In this document: piece by piece, positions 49,667 through 62,300 of the stretch
Position numbering within the stretch: position 1 is the first letter of the stretch
Layout of the letters: the number at the start of each line of letters is the position of its first letter
Origin: Balanoglossus misakiensis
Taxonomy: Eukaryota; Animalia; Hemichordata
Assembly (NCBI GenBank): GCA_040954595.2
Contig: CM082577.2
Coordinates: 18,698,303-18,762,302 of the forward strand
Length of the DNA stretch: 64,000 nt
Reading direction: 5' to 3'
Notes under the pieces: generated by a model
Database searches by the model: none
What the model was told of the DNA's origin: nothing
The model's input: only the letters and a program-made list of their open reading frames with translations
Position numbers and translations under genes: made by a program

Positions 49667-50269
49667 AGCCACAGTATTTCTCGTAGGGGCAAAATTTTGT
49701 TTGAAACGGCATCTATAATTTCTAAAAGTAGATGATAATTGATACTGAATCGAACAGTCATCATCCCCAGCTCTGCTGATAAACTCATACAATTTACAAT
49801 ATAACGAGTGAAGAATGACTTTCTGTCCGGACAGAAAGTCACGTGAGTCAGGCTAATGTTGACACACGTGACTAGTGCGCATGCGCACTCCAATGTGAAT
49901 CTATGCGGAAGAGGTTTGGTCGCCCCAAATCAAGCGACTCAGCGAAGAAATGCGCACTAATTCGGCGAAATTTTGGGAAGATAACTTTATGGGAGAAATC
50001 AGTCGATGGAACCAGATCAAATCCGAAAATGGTCTGACCATCAAAATGTCAAAGTGGCACGTTTGCTGATCGACATGTACAACATTTCCGTTGTAAACAA
50101 ACCCGCGCATCATTTCAAGTGTTACGGGCGATATTTTCGGCTTGCATGTAGCTACAATTGCCCAAACCTTTCTTACATCTTCATTATATAGTATTCCATG
50201 ATGGATGTACTGGAAAAACGGGCTTTTTTCGATGATGAAAAATGGATGCACACGAGAAATACTGGGGCT
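49667..50269. mobile_element. Non-autonomous Kolobok-like DNA transposon
   Basis: TTAA TSD (49663-49666, 50270-50273); TIR AGCCACAGTATTTCTCGT / ACGAGAAATACTGGGGCT; empty site GAAAATTAAGAAATC at ~33362. Confidence 0.85.
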
Positions 50270-51674
50270 TTAAGAAATCATTTTTCTAGTCTAAAAATAG
50301 ATAGCATACAAATTCTTTTTGTGGATATGAGTCGTCATATGACTAGAATATGTTGTAAATATTTTGGCAATTTTCACATGACCTTTGACCTACTTTTTTA
50401 AGAACCGGCATATATGCATATAGCTCATACTACCTGTTGTAAATGTACCAGAGTTCTGATTTTTGTGCACATTGGTATCACCCCTGCCAGGACCTACCCC
50501 AAATATTTTGGTAATTTTGGCAATGACCTTTGACCTACTTTTGACACATCGTTTTTTTCTTCATATCTAATTCCAGGTTAACCTGTAGGGCTATCATTTT
50601 GGTTTTTGATGTATGTGGATTTGTATGTGATCAAAAAATTTCGCTACTTTTCATGACCCCTTTGACCTCTGCTGACCTCATTAAATATGCGCACACTTAA
50701 TTACAGATGAACCAATAGACCTAGAGGTTTGGTTTTTGTTGGACATGGGCCAGTATTGGGTCAAAATTTTTTGCCCAAATGTTGGGTGACCTCGGGTGAC
50801 CTTTGACCTACTTTTGCATATCTCGACATCCACAGCAGATACAGCCTTGGCGTTTGGAGATATGGGCCATAATGAAAAGCCAAAGTTTTGGGTCACCAGT
50901 GACACCTGCTTAACTCATTATTTATGTGCATACCTAATTCCGGGCTAATCAAAAGGGCTAGAGGTCTCGTTTTTGTTGGACATGGACCACTATGGGTCAA
51001 AATTTTCTGCCCAAATTTTGGGTGACCTCAGATGACTTTTGACCTACTTTTGCATATCTTGGCATCCAAAGCAGGTACAGCCTTGGCATTTGGAGATATG
51101 GGGCCATAATGAAAAGCCAAAGTTTTGGGTCACCTGTGACACCTGCTTAACTCATTATTTATGTGCATACCTAATTCCGGGCTAACCAATAGGGCTAGAG
51201 GTCTGGTTTTTGTTGGACATGGACCACTATGGGTCAAAATTTTCTGCCCAAATTTTGGGTGACCTCAGATGACCTTTGACCTACTTTCGCAAATCTCGAC
51301 ATCCACAGCAGATACAGCCTTGGCGTTCGGAGGTATGGGGCCATAATGAAAAGCCAAAGTTTTGGGTCACCTGTGACACCTGCTTAACTCATTATTTATG
51401 TGCATACCTAATTACGGGCTAACCAAAAGGGTTAGAGATCTGGGTTTTGTTGGACATGGACCACTATGGGTTAAAATGTTCTGCCCAAATTATTGGTGAC
51501 CTCTGGGTGACCTTTGACCTACTTAACACTATATCAGCACCAAACATAGATATAACCTTGATATTTCAAGGGATAAAACACAGCATTATGTTTCTACTCA
51601 TTAATTATGCGCATATCTAATACCAAATCAGATAATACAGCATGGGCCCCGACAATGCTGCTTGCAGCTTTAAT

Positions 51675-51807
51675 TAGGGCACAAGCCAAGCAGGCTTGTG
51701 CCCTACTGGTATTACTGGGTTTTTTAGGGCACAAGCCAAGAAGGCTTGTGCCCTATTGGTATTACTGGGGTTTTTCATCTTTAGGGCACAAGCCAAGCAG
51801 GCTTGTG
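51675..51807 (+). repeat. Stack of Q-type heads; third head interrupted and resumes at 54922; fourth at 54953
   Basis: Matches 34535-34746, including the AAGAAGG loop variant in head 2. Confidence 0.9.
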
Positions 51808-51844
51808 TATGGAAAGCCACAGCTGTCTTAAGTCCATTGTTACC

Positions 51845-52250
51845 ATTATATGCTCTGCATACATCATTATACCCTGCTCGTACATCATTATACGACACTC
51901 GTACATCATAATACAATGTGCATACATCATTATACAATGTGCATATATCATTATACAATGTGCATACATCATTATACGATATGCATACATCATTATACAA
52001 TGTGCATACATCATTATACGACGCTCATACATCTTTATACAATGTGTATACATCATTATACAATGTGCATATATCATTATACGATGTGCATACATCATTA
52101 TACGCTGCTTGTGCATCATTATACGCTGTGGATACATCATTATACGCTGCCCATACAGAATTATACGACGCTTATGCATCATTATATGACGCTTATACAT
52201 CATTATACGCTGCTTGTGCATCATTATACGCTGTGCATACATCATTATGC
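51845..52250 (+). repeat. 21-bp minisatellite (TACATCATTATACAATGTGCA-like) in left TIR arm
   Basis: Tandem degenerate 21-mers. Confidence 0.9.
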
Positions 52251-52680
52251 GTCGCTCATTCACCATGATACTATGCCCATTCAACATACGGTGCGCGTTT
52301 GGCTTTATACTATGCCGACATGTCATTATGATATGCTATTCCTAACCCCAATTCCGTCAAAGAGGGCGCACTTATACACATGACGGTACTGAAGTAAGAC
52401 TTGGATTCGACCATCGCGGTTTGGCATCTGCAGTACGAGTATGAAAATAAGTTTTTATAACTCTGTAAAAATATGAATATATTTGATCAAACTCTTTCGA
52501 CATGTTATGTATGATATTTTTGGCACCAAATCACAGTTTTTGCACATCAGAAATTGTTTAATACATATTTTATCATCGAGAAACATACTTCGATGATAAA
52601 AAGATATAATTTTGAAATTTTCGGCTTGAATAAACATTTTTTGGGTGAGAAAAATGTCATACATAACAAGTACAGATTAA

Positions 52681-54310
52681 ATTAAAGCTGCAAGCAGCGT
52701 TGGCGGGGCACAAGCGGTTCCCATGGTAACCAGCAAATGCCAAGGCTGTATCTGCTGTGGATACCAAGATATGGGAAAGTCATCGTCGCAAACCACGGCC
52801 CTTTTACGGCAGCGCTCTGCTCCCCCAAAAAGGACGTGGTATAATACGGCCATGTATTCAGTATTTGGTCTAGGCGCTTTCATAGTACACCCAACAACCA
52901 ATCAGATTGCTTGTTACATCCCATTCACGCATCTCATTACATCTCATTCTAAACAACATGGCGGCTTCCAGTGTGGAAGTGCTATTGTCCCAGCTCTCCT
53001 CGAGAGACGGGCTTTGATTGGCCAGATTATAATGATGTCATCTCATGAATATGCATTACCAATATGTTCAAATACCAGCGCGGTACTCCATTTTAACCAG
53101 AGTACGTGATTTCGATAGTGAAACGAAAGAAATCCGTAGTCTGGTGGGGCGAGAATGGGGAAAGTAAGTCAAAAGTCACCTGAGGTCACCCCATATTTGC
53201 ACAAAAATATTGGACCTCATACTAGTCTGCGTCCAACAAAAACCAGACCCGTAGCCCTATTGGTTCGCCTAGAATTAGGTATGCACATAATTAATGAAGT
53301 CTTGTGTAAGACTCCATTGTGCTCAATCCCCCCAAAAGCCAGGGCTCTAACTGCTGCGGCTGCTGAGATATGGGAAATTAGATCAAAGGTCACCCAAGGT
53401 CACCCAAAATTTGGGCATAAAATGTTGACCCCATAGTGGACCATGTCCAACAAACACACGACCTCTAGCCCTATTGGTTAGCCTGGAATAAGATATGCAG
53501 AAAAATGATGTTTCAGAAATAGGTCAAAGGTCATTGCTAAAATTCCCAAAATATTTGTGTCATGTCCTGGTAGCAGTGGTACCCATGTCCACAAATTTCA
53601 TGACTGTGGTGCTGTTGCAAGAGGAGGTACAAGGCATATGCATATATAATTAGTTGTTTTAAAACTGGGTCAAAGGTCATGGGAAAATTGGACCCCCCCC
53701 CAAAAAAAAAAAAAAAAAAAATAATAATAATAATAATTGTGACAAGTTCCGGTCATATGATGACTCATATCCACAAAAAGATTTTCCATGCTGTCATCAT
53801 TTTGGCTACAAAACGGAATTTTCATTTTTCAATGGTTTTCCGAAAATCCAATATGGCCGCCATAACGATAGACCAATCACAGTGCGCTTCGCATACTATA
53901 TAGACATAGGTTAGGTGACCACATACCCCGAATCCCGTGACTCGGCAATCGCTGGTTCTGGAGGAGAAGATTTTTTAAAGTTTTAAGTAGTTTTTCAGAA
54001 AAACAATTGTAGCAAAAAACCTGCAACTTTGACAGCATAATTTCCAATTACAAAAATGATGGACAGAAGGTAGTCTACCTGCACGCCAAATTTAAAGGTG
54101 ATCAGACTTGTAGTTTCTGAGATCTGAGATTTGCATTTTTCACGAAATCCAATAAGGCCGCCAGGTCACGTGACTAATTAAATATTCACAAGCCACTGCA
54201 CATCTACTCATTGACCTTGACCACTGTTGCAAGTTTGAGAAGTGTACCTGCAGTAGTTTCAGAGATCTAGTTGGCCGAAGATTGACAGGAGAATAAAGAA
54301 AGAAAAACCC
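52681..54310 (-). mobile_element. Inverted, chimeric, headless non-autonomous Helentron inside the long-TIR element
   Basis: ATTAAAGCTGCAAGCAGCGTTGGCGGGGCACAAGC is the reverse complement of the P 3' end; switches to GCCC-family 5' body sequence near 54020. Confidence 0.85.
52781..53157. mobile_element. 377-bp insertion with 8-bp TSD and imperfect TIRs (Zisupton- or hAT-like)
   Basis: GGGAAAGT at 52773-52780 and 53158-53165; ends CATCGTCGC...GCGAGAATG. Confidence 0.7.
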
Positions 54311-54429
54311 GAAAAGTGCGCCCTCTTTGACGGAATTGCGGTTAGGCATAGCATATCATAATGACATGTCTGCATAGTATAAAGCCAAACGCGCACCGTA
54401 TGTTGAACGGGCATAGTATCATGGTGAAT

Positions 54430-54885
54430 GAGCGACGTATAATGATGTAGGCACAGCGTATAATGATGAAGGCACAGCGTATAATGATGTATGCACAGCG
54501 TATAATGCTGTATACACATTGTATAAAGATGTATGGGCAGCGTATAATGATGTATGGGCAATGTATAATGATGTATTCACAGCGTATAACGATGCACAAG
54601 CAGCGTATAATGATGTATGCACATTGTATAAAGATGTATGAGCGTCGTATAATGATGTATGGGCAATGTATAATGGTGTATTCACAGCGTATAACGATGC
54701 ACAAGCAGCGTATAATGATGTATGCACATTGTATAAAGATGTATGAGCGTCGTATAATGATGTATGGGCAATGTATAATGATGTATTCACATCGTATAAC
54801 GTTGCACAAGCAGCGCATAATGATGTATACACATTGTATAAAGATGTATGAGCGTCGTATAATGATGTATGGGCATCATATAATG
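54430..54885 (-). repeat. 21-bp minisatellite in right TIR arm (inverted)
   Basis: GTATAATGATGTATGCACATT-like units. Confidence 0.9.
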
Positions 54886-57800
54886 GTAACAATGGACTTA
54901 AGACAGCTGTGGCTCTCCATACTTGTGCCCTATTGGTATTACTGGGGTTTTTTAGGGCACAAGCCAAGCAGGCTTGTGCCCTATTGGTATAACTGGGGTT
55001 TTTCATCCTTTTTTTTTTCTTGTGTAGTTTTTTTGCTCAGGTAGATCTTGAAAACGGCTGAAACTACAAATCTCAAACTTGGCACAGTGGTGCAGGCCTA
55101 TGGGAGCTGGTGCAGTACCTTTGTGAATGTTTAATAAGTCATGTGACCTGATGACTATATATGGGCAAAGTTTTCAAATGGGCCTAATTTGCATATGAAT
55201 GGAGATATCAAAATTCTTTTAGCAACTTTTGTGGACCATGTGATCAGTGTCCTACATGCCAAATCTCAAGGCCGTAGGCCAAGTCTATTTTGAGAAGAAG
55301 ACTTGTAAATATTAGTAGTTTTTCATATTTTTGGACCCAGCCATGGGCCTATACTTTCTATAGTTAAGCTATGACGCCATGTACACGTCTGTGCAATGGT
55401 CCTGTACAGTGACTGCCTACTGGCCTGTGAGCAGAATGGGACATTAAAAGGCAAAATTTCGGGCTCACCTGTAACACCTGCTAAACTCATTAATTATGTG
55501 CATACCTAATTCCGGGCTAACTAATAGGGCTAGAGGTTTCGTTCTTTTTGGTCATTGACCAGTATGGGGTTAAAAAAATTTGCCCAAATTCTGGGTGACC
55601 TCAGGTGACCTTTGACCTACTTTCCTATATCTCCGCATCCAGAGCAGTTACAGACTTGGCGTTTAGAGGGTTGGGACTAAAATTGAAAAGCCAAAATTGG
55701 GGGTCACCTGTGACACCTGCTTATCTCATTAATTATGTGCATACCTAATTCCAGGCTAACCAATAGGGCTAGAGGTTTTGTTCTTGTGGGACATGGACCA
55801 GTATGAGGTTAAAAAAATTTGCCCAAATTTTGGGTGACCTCAGGTGACCTTTGACCTACTGTCCTATATCTCCGCATCAATAGCAGGTACAGACTTGGCG
55901 TTCGGAGGGTTGGGACTATAATTGAAAAGCCAAAATTGGGGGTCACCTGTGACACCTGCTTATCTCATTAATTATGTGCATGCCTAATTCCAGGCTAACC
56001 AATAGAGCTATAGGTTTGATTTTTGTTGAACATGGACCAGTATAGGGTCAAAATTTCTTGCCCAAATTTTGCATGACCTCAGGTGACCTTTGACCTAATT
56101 TACCATATCTTGGCAACCAGAGCAGGCAAAGACTTGGCGTTTGGAGGGTTGGGACTAAAATTGAAAAGCCAAAATTTGGGGTCACCAGTGACACCTGCAT
56201 ATCTCATTAATTATGTGCATACCTAATTCCAGGCTAACCAATAGGGCTAGAGGTTTTGTTCTTGTGGGACATGGATCAGTATGGGGTCAAAAATTTTGCC
56301 CAAATTTTGAGGGACCTCAGGTGACCTTTGACCTACTTTGCTATATCTTGGCATCCAGAACAGGTACAGCATTTGTGTTTGGATGGATCGAACTATTAAT
56401 GGAGTCTTACACTTTACATCATTAATTATGTGCATATCTAATTTCAGACTAACAAATAGGGCTAGAGGTTAGGTTTCTGTTGGACCTGGACTAGTATGGG
56501 GGTCAAAACTTTGTGCCCAAATTTTGGGTGACCACATATGACCTTTGACCTTCGGCTTAAGCTTGTGCCCGTCATCGCTGCTTGCAGCTATATTTCATCC
56601 TCTTCTTTTTCTGGTGTAGTTTTTTTGCCCAATAGGATCTTGAAAACGGCTGAACCTACAAATCTCAAACTTGGCACAGTGATGCAGACCTATGAGAGCT
56701 GGTGCAGCACCCTCGTGAATGTTTAATAAGTCATGTGACCTGATGACCATATATGGGCAAAGTTTTCAAATGGGCCTAATTTGCATATGAATGGAGATAT
56801 CAAAATTCTTTTAGCAATTTTTGCGGACAATGTGGTCAGTGTCCTACATGCCAAATGTCAAAGCCGTGGGCCAAGTCTATTTTGAGAAGAAGATTATTAA
56901 TCATTATTTGTCATATTTGTGGACCCAGCCATAGGCCTATACTTTCTATAGTTAAGCTATGACGCTATGTCCACGTCTGTGCAATTGTCCTGTACAGTGA
57001 CAGTCTAGTGGCCCGTGAGCTGAATGGGACCAAAATAAAAGACAAAATTTTGGGCTCACCTGTAACACCTGCTTAACTCATTAATTATGTGCATGCCTAA
57101 TTCCGGGCTAACTATTAGGGCTAGAGGTTTTGTTCTTGTGGGACATGGACCAGTATGGGATCAAAAATTTTTGCCTAAGTTTTGGGTGACCTCAGGTGAC
57201 CTTTGACCTACTTTCCTATATCTCGGCATCCACAGCAGGTACAGACTTGGCGTTTGGAGGGTTGTGACTAAAATTGAAAAGACAAAATTGGGGGTCACCT
57301 GTGACACCTGCTTATCTCATTAATTATGTGCATACCTAATTCCAGGCTAACCAATAGGGCTAGAGGTTTGATTTTTGTTGAACATGGACCAGTATGGGGT
57401 TAAAATTTCTTGCCCAATTTTCGGTGACCTCAGGTGACCTTTGACCTACTTTACCGTATCTCGGCAACCCATGCAGATACAGCCTTGGCTTTTGGAGGCA
57501 TGGAACTCCTAATGGAGCCTTATACTTTACCTCATTAATTATGTGCATATATAATTCTAGGCGAACCAATAGGGCTAGATGTCTGGTTTTTGTTGGACCT
57601 GGACTAGTATGGGGTCAAAATTTTTTGCCCAAATTTTGGGTGACCACATATGACCTTTGACCTTCGGCTTAAGCTTGTGCCCGTCATCGCTGCTTGCAGC
57701 TATATTTAGGGCACAAGCCAGGCAGGCTTGTGCCCTATTGGTATTACTGGGGTTTTTCATCCTCTTCTTTTTCTTGTGTAGTTTTTTTGCACAATAGGAT

Positions 57801-59107
57801 CTTGAAAACGGCTGATTCTACAAATCTCAAACTTGGCACAGTGATGCTGGCCTATGAGAGCTGGTGCAATATCCCTGTGAATGTTTAATTAGTCATGTGA
57901 CCTGATGACCATATATGGGCAAAATTTTCAAATGGGCCTAATTTGCATATGAATGGAGATATCGAAATTCTTTTAGCAACTTTTGTGGACCATGTCATCA
58001 GTGTCCTACATGCCAAATATCAAGGTCGTGGGCCAAGTCTATTTTGAGAAGAAGACTTGTAAATATTAGTAGTTTTTCATATTTTTGGACCCAGCCATGG
58101 GCCTATACTTTCTATAGTTAAGCTATGACGCCATGTACACGTCTGTGCAATGGTCCTGTACAGTGACTGCCTACTGGCCCATGAGCAGAATGGGACCACA
58201 ATAAAAGGCAAAATTTCGGGCTCACCTGTAACACCTGCTTATCTCATTAATTATGTGCATACCTAATTCCAGGCTAACCAATAGGGCTAGAGGTTTTGTT
58301 CTTGTGGGACATGGACCAGTATGAGGTTAATTTTTTTTTACCCAAATTTCAGGTGACCTCAGGTGACCTTTGACCGACTGTCCTATATCTCCGCATCAAT
58401 AGCAGGTACAGACTTGGCGTTTGGAGGGTTGGTAATTGAAAAGCCAAAATTGGGGGTCACCTGTGACACCTGCTTATCTCATTAATTATGTGCATACCTA
58501 ATTCCAGGCTAACCAATAGGGTTAGAGGTTTGATTTTTGTTGAAGATGGACCAGTATAGGGTCAAAATTTCTTACCCAAATTTTGCATGACCTCAGGTGA
58601 CCTTTGACCTAATTTACCATATCTTGGCAACCAGAGCAGGCACAGACTTAGCGTTTGGAGGGTTGGGACTAAAATTGAAAACCAAAATTGGGGGTCACCA
58701 GTGACACCTGCATATCTCATTAATTATGTGCATACCTAATTCCAGGCTAACCAATAGGGCTAGAGGTTTTGTTCTTGTGGGACATGGATAAGTATGGGGT
58801 CAAAAATTTTGCCCAAATTTTGGGTGACCTCAGGTGACCTTTGACCTACTTTGCTATATCTTGGCATCCAGAACAGGTACAGGATTTGTGTTTGGATGGA
58901 TCAAACTATTAATGGAGTCTTACACTTTACATCATTAATTATGTGCATATCTAATTTCAGACAAACCAATAGGGCTAGAGGTCAGGTTTCTGTTGGACCT
59001 GGACTAGTATGAGGGTCAAAACTTTTTGCCCAAATTTTGGGTGACCACATATGACCTTTGACCTTCGGCTTAAGCTTGTGCCCGTCATCGCTGCTTGCAG
59101 CTATATT

Positions 59108-59316
59108 TACGGGCCCAAGCCAAGCCAGGCTTGGGCCCGTATTGGTTTCGTTGGGGTTTTTAGGGCCCAAGCGCAAGCAAGCGCTTGGGCCCTATTGGTT
59201 TCGTTGGGGTTTTTTAGGGCCCAAGCCCAGCAGGCTTGGGCCCTATTGGTATTACTGGGGTTTTTTAGGGCCCAAGCCCAGCAGGCTTGGGCCCTATTGG
59301 TATTACTGGGGTTTTT
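59108..59316 (+). repeat. Stack of four hairpin heads (CGGGCCC, GCGC, R, R)
   Basis: Heads at 59108, 59161, 59215, 59266. Confidence 0.92.
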
Positions 59317-62300
59317 CTTCTACTTCTTCTTCTTTTTCTTCTTCTGTCGTTTTCTTTGGCGAGGTAGATCTGGAAAACTGCTAAACCTACCAATTTCAAA
59401 CTTGGCACAATGGTGCAGGCCAATGAGAGCTAGTGCAGTACCCTTGTGAATGTTTAATTAGTCACGTGACTTGATGACCATATATGGGCAGAATTTTCAA
59501 ATCAGCCTTATTTGCATATGAATGGAGATATCAAAATTCTTTTAGCAACTTTTGCGGACCATGTGGTCAGTGTCCTACATGCCAAATGTCAAGGCCATTG
59601 GCCATGCCAATTTTCAGAAGAAGATTTTTAAGTATTATTTTTGATATTTTTTGACCAAGCCATGTGCCTATACTTTCCATAGTAAAGCTATGACCACATA
59701 TTATTTTGGATAAATATGCATACATATCTCAAAATCTGTTAGACCAATCATCTCCAACTTTGGTGTGCAGCTAGCCTAGCATTGGTCAATAATTTTAAGC
59801 AGAAAAAAATAATATGAAAAATCGACCGATTTTTTTATATTAATTTTTTTATTAAATTTATACCTTTACTTATACCTCTATGGTTAAGCTATGTCCATGT
59901 CTTATTGTGGAATTCTGGTCTGTGCAATAGTCCTGTCAGTGAGCACAATGGCACCAAAATAAAAGGCACACTTTTAGGCTCACCTGTAACACCTGCTTAA
60001 CTCATTAATTATGTGCATACCTAATTGTGGGCTAACTAAGAGGGCTAGAGGTTTCTTTCTTGTGGGACATGGACCAGTATTGGGTCAAAATTTCTTGCCC
60101 AAATTTTGCATGACCTCAGGTGACCTTTGACCTACTTTACCATATCTTGGCACCCAGGTCAGGTACAGACTTGGCGTTTGGAGGGTTGGGACTAAAATTG
60201 AAAAGCCAAAATTGGGGGTCACCTGTGACACCTGCATATCTCATTAATTATGTGCATACCTAATTCCAGGCTAACCAATAGGGCTATAGGTTTGGTTGTT
60301 GTTGAACATGGACCAGTATAGGGTCAAAATTTCTTGCCCAAATTTTGCATGACCTCAGGTGACCTTTGACCTACTTTACCAGATCTTGGCATCCAGAGCA
60401 GGTACAGACTTGGCGTTTGGAGGGTTGGTACTAAAATTGAAAAGCCAAAATTGGGGGTCACCTGTGACACCTGCCTACCTCGTTAATTATGTGCATACCT
60501 AATTCCAGGCTAACAAATAAGGCTTTAGGTTTGGTTTTTGTTGAACATGGACCAGTATAGGGTCAAAATTTCTTGCCCAAATGTTGCATGACCTAAGTGA
60601 CCTTTGACCTACTTTTCCATATCTTGGCATCCAGAGCAGATATGCTTATTGCTATGTTGCTATGTGCTATGTTGGCTTGGGCCCGCTATTGCTGCTTGCA
60701 GCTATATTCTTCTACTTCTTCTTCTTTTTCTTCTTCTGTCATTTTCTTTGGCGAGGTAGATCTGGAAAACTGCTAAACCTACCAATTTCAAACTTGGCAC
60801 AATGGTGCAGGCCAATGAGAGCTAGTGCAGTACCCTTGTGAATGTTTAATTAGTCACGTGACCTGATGACCATATATGGGCAAAATTTTCAAATCCGCCT
60901 TATTTGCATATGAATGGAGATATCACAATTCTTTTAGCAACTTTTGCGGACCATGTGGTCAGTGTCCTACATGCCAAATGTCAAGGCCATTGGCCATGCC
61001 AATTTTGAGAAGAAGATTTTTAAGTATTATTTTCCATATTTTTTGACCAAGCCATGGGCCTATACTTTACATAGTAAAGCTATGACCACATATTATTTTG
61101 GATAAATATGCATACATATCTCAAAATCTGTTAGGCCGATCATCTCCAACTTTGGTGTGCAGCAAGCCTAGCATTTGTCAATAATTTTAAGCAGAAAAAA
61201 ATAATATGAAAAATCGACAGATTTTTTTATATTAATTTGTTTATTAAATTTATACCTTTGCTTATACCTCTATGGTTAAGCTATGTCCATGTCTTATTGT
61301 GGAATTCTGGTCAGTGCGATAGTCCTGTACAGTGAGTGTCTATTGGTCAGTGAGCACAATGGCACCAAAATAAAAGGCAAAATTTTAGGCTCACCTGTAA
61401 CACCTGCTTAACTCATTAATTATGTGCATACCTAATTCTGGGCTAACTAAGAGGGCTAGAGGTTTCGTTCTTGTGGGACATGGACCAGTATAGGGTCAAA
61501 ATTTCTTGCCCAAATTTTGGGTGACCTCAGGTGACCTTTGACCTACTTTCCTATATCTCGGCATCCAGAGCAGGTACAGACTTGGCGTTTGGAGGGTTGG
61601 GACTAAAATTGAAAAGCCAAAATGGGGGTCACCTGTGACACCTGCCTACCTCATTAATTATGTGCATACCTAATTCCAGGCTAACCAATAGGGCTATAGG
61701 TTTGGTTTTTGTTGAACATGGACCAGTATAGGTTCAAAATTTCTTGCCCAAATTTTGCTTGACCTTAGGTGACCTTTGACCTACTTTACCAGATCTTGGC
61801 ATCCAGAGCAGGTACAGACTTGGCGTTTGGAGGGTTGGGACTAAAATTGAAAAGCCAAAATTGGGGATCACCTGTGACACCTGCCTACCTCATTAATTAT
61901 GTGCATACCTAATTCCAGGCTAACCAATAGTGCTATAGGTTTGGTTTTTGTTGAACATGGACCAGTATAGGGTCAAAATTTCTTGCCCAAATTTTGCATG
62001 AACTCAGTTGACCTTTGACCTACTTTACCATATCTTGGCATCCAGAGTAGATATGCTTATTGCTATGTTGCTATGTGCTATGTGCTATGTTGGCTTGGGC
62101 CCGCTATTGCTGCTTGCAGCTATATTCTTTCTTTCTTTCTTTCTTTCTTTTTTCTTGTGTCAATTCTTCGGCCAACTAAATCTCTGAAACTACTGCAGGT
62201 ACACTGCTCAAACTTGCTACAGTGGTCAAGGTCTATGAGTAGATGTGCAGTGACTTGTGAATACTTAATTAGTCATGTGACCTGGCGGCCATCTTGGATT

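Larger units (their letters stand above)
51808..54921. mobile_element. Non-autonomous long-TIR (fold-back) DNA transposon, IS3EU-like
   Basis: TATGG...CCATA termini; 6-bp TSD CTTGTG (51802-51807, 54922-54927), alternatively read as a 4-bp TTGT TSD; inverted arms ~51808-52373 and ~54314-54921. Confidence 0.75.

Noticed and set aside
51674-52383. Overlapping 100-195 aa ORFs here and at 54259-55044
   Set aside because: Open frames produced by a 21-bp minisatellite.
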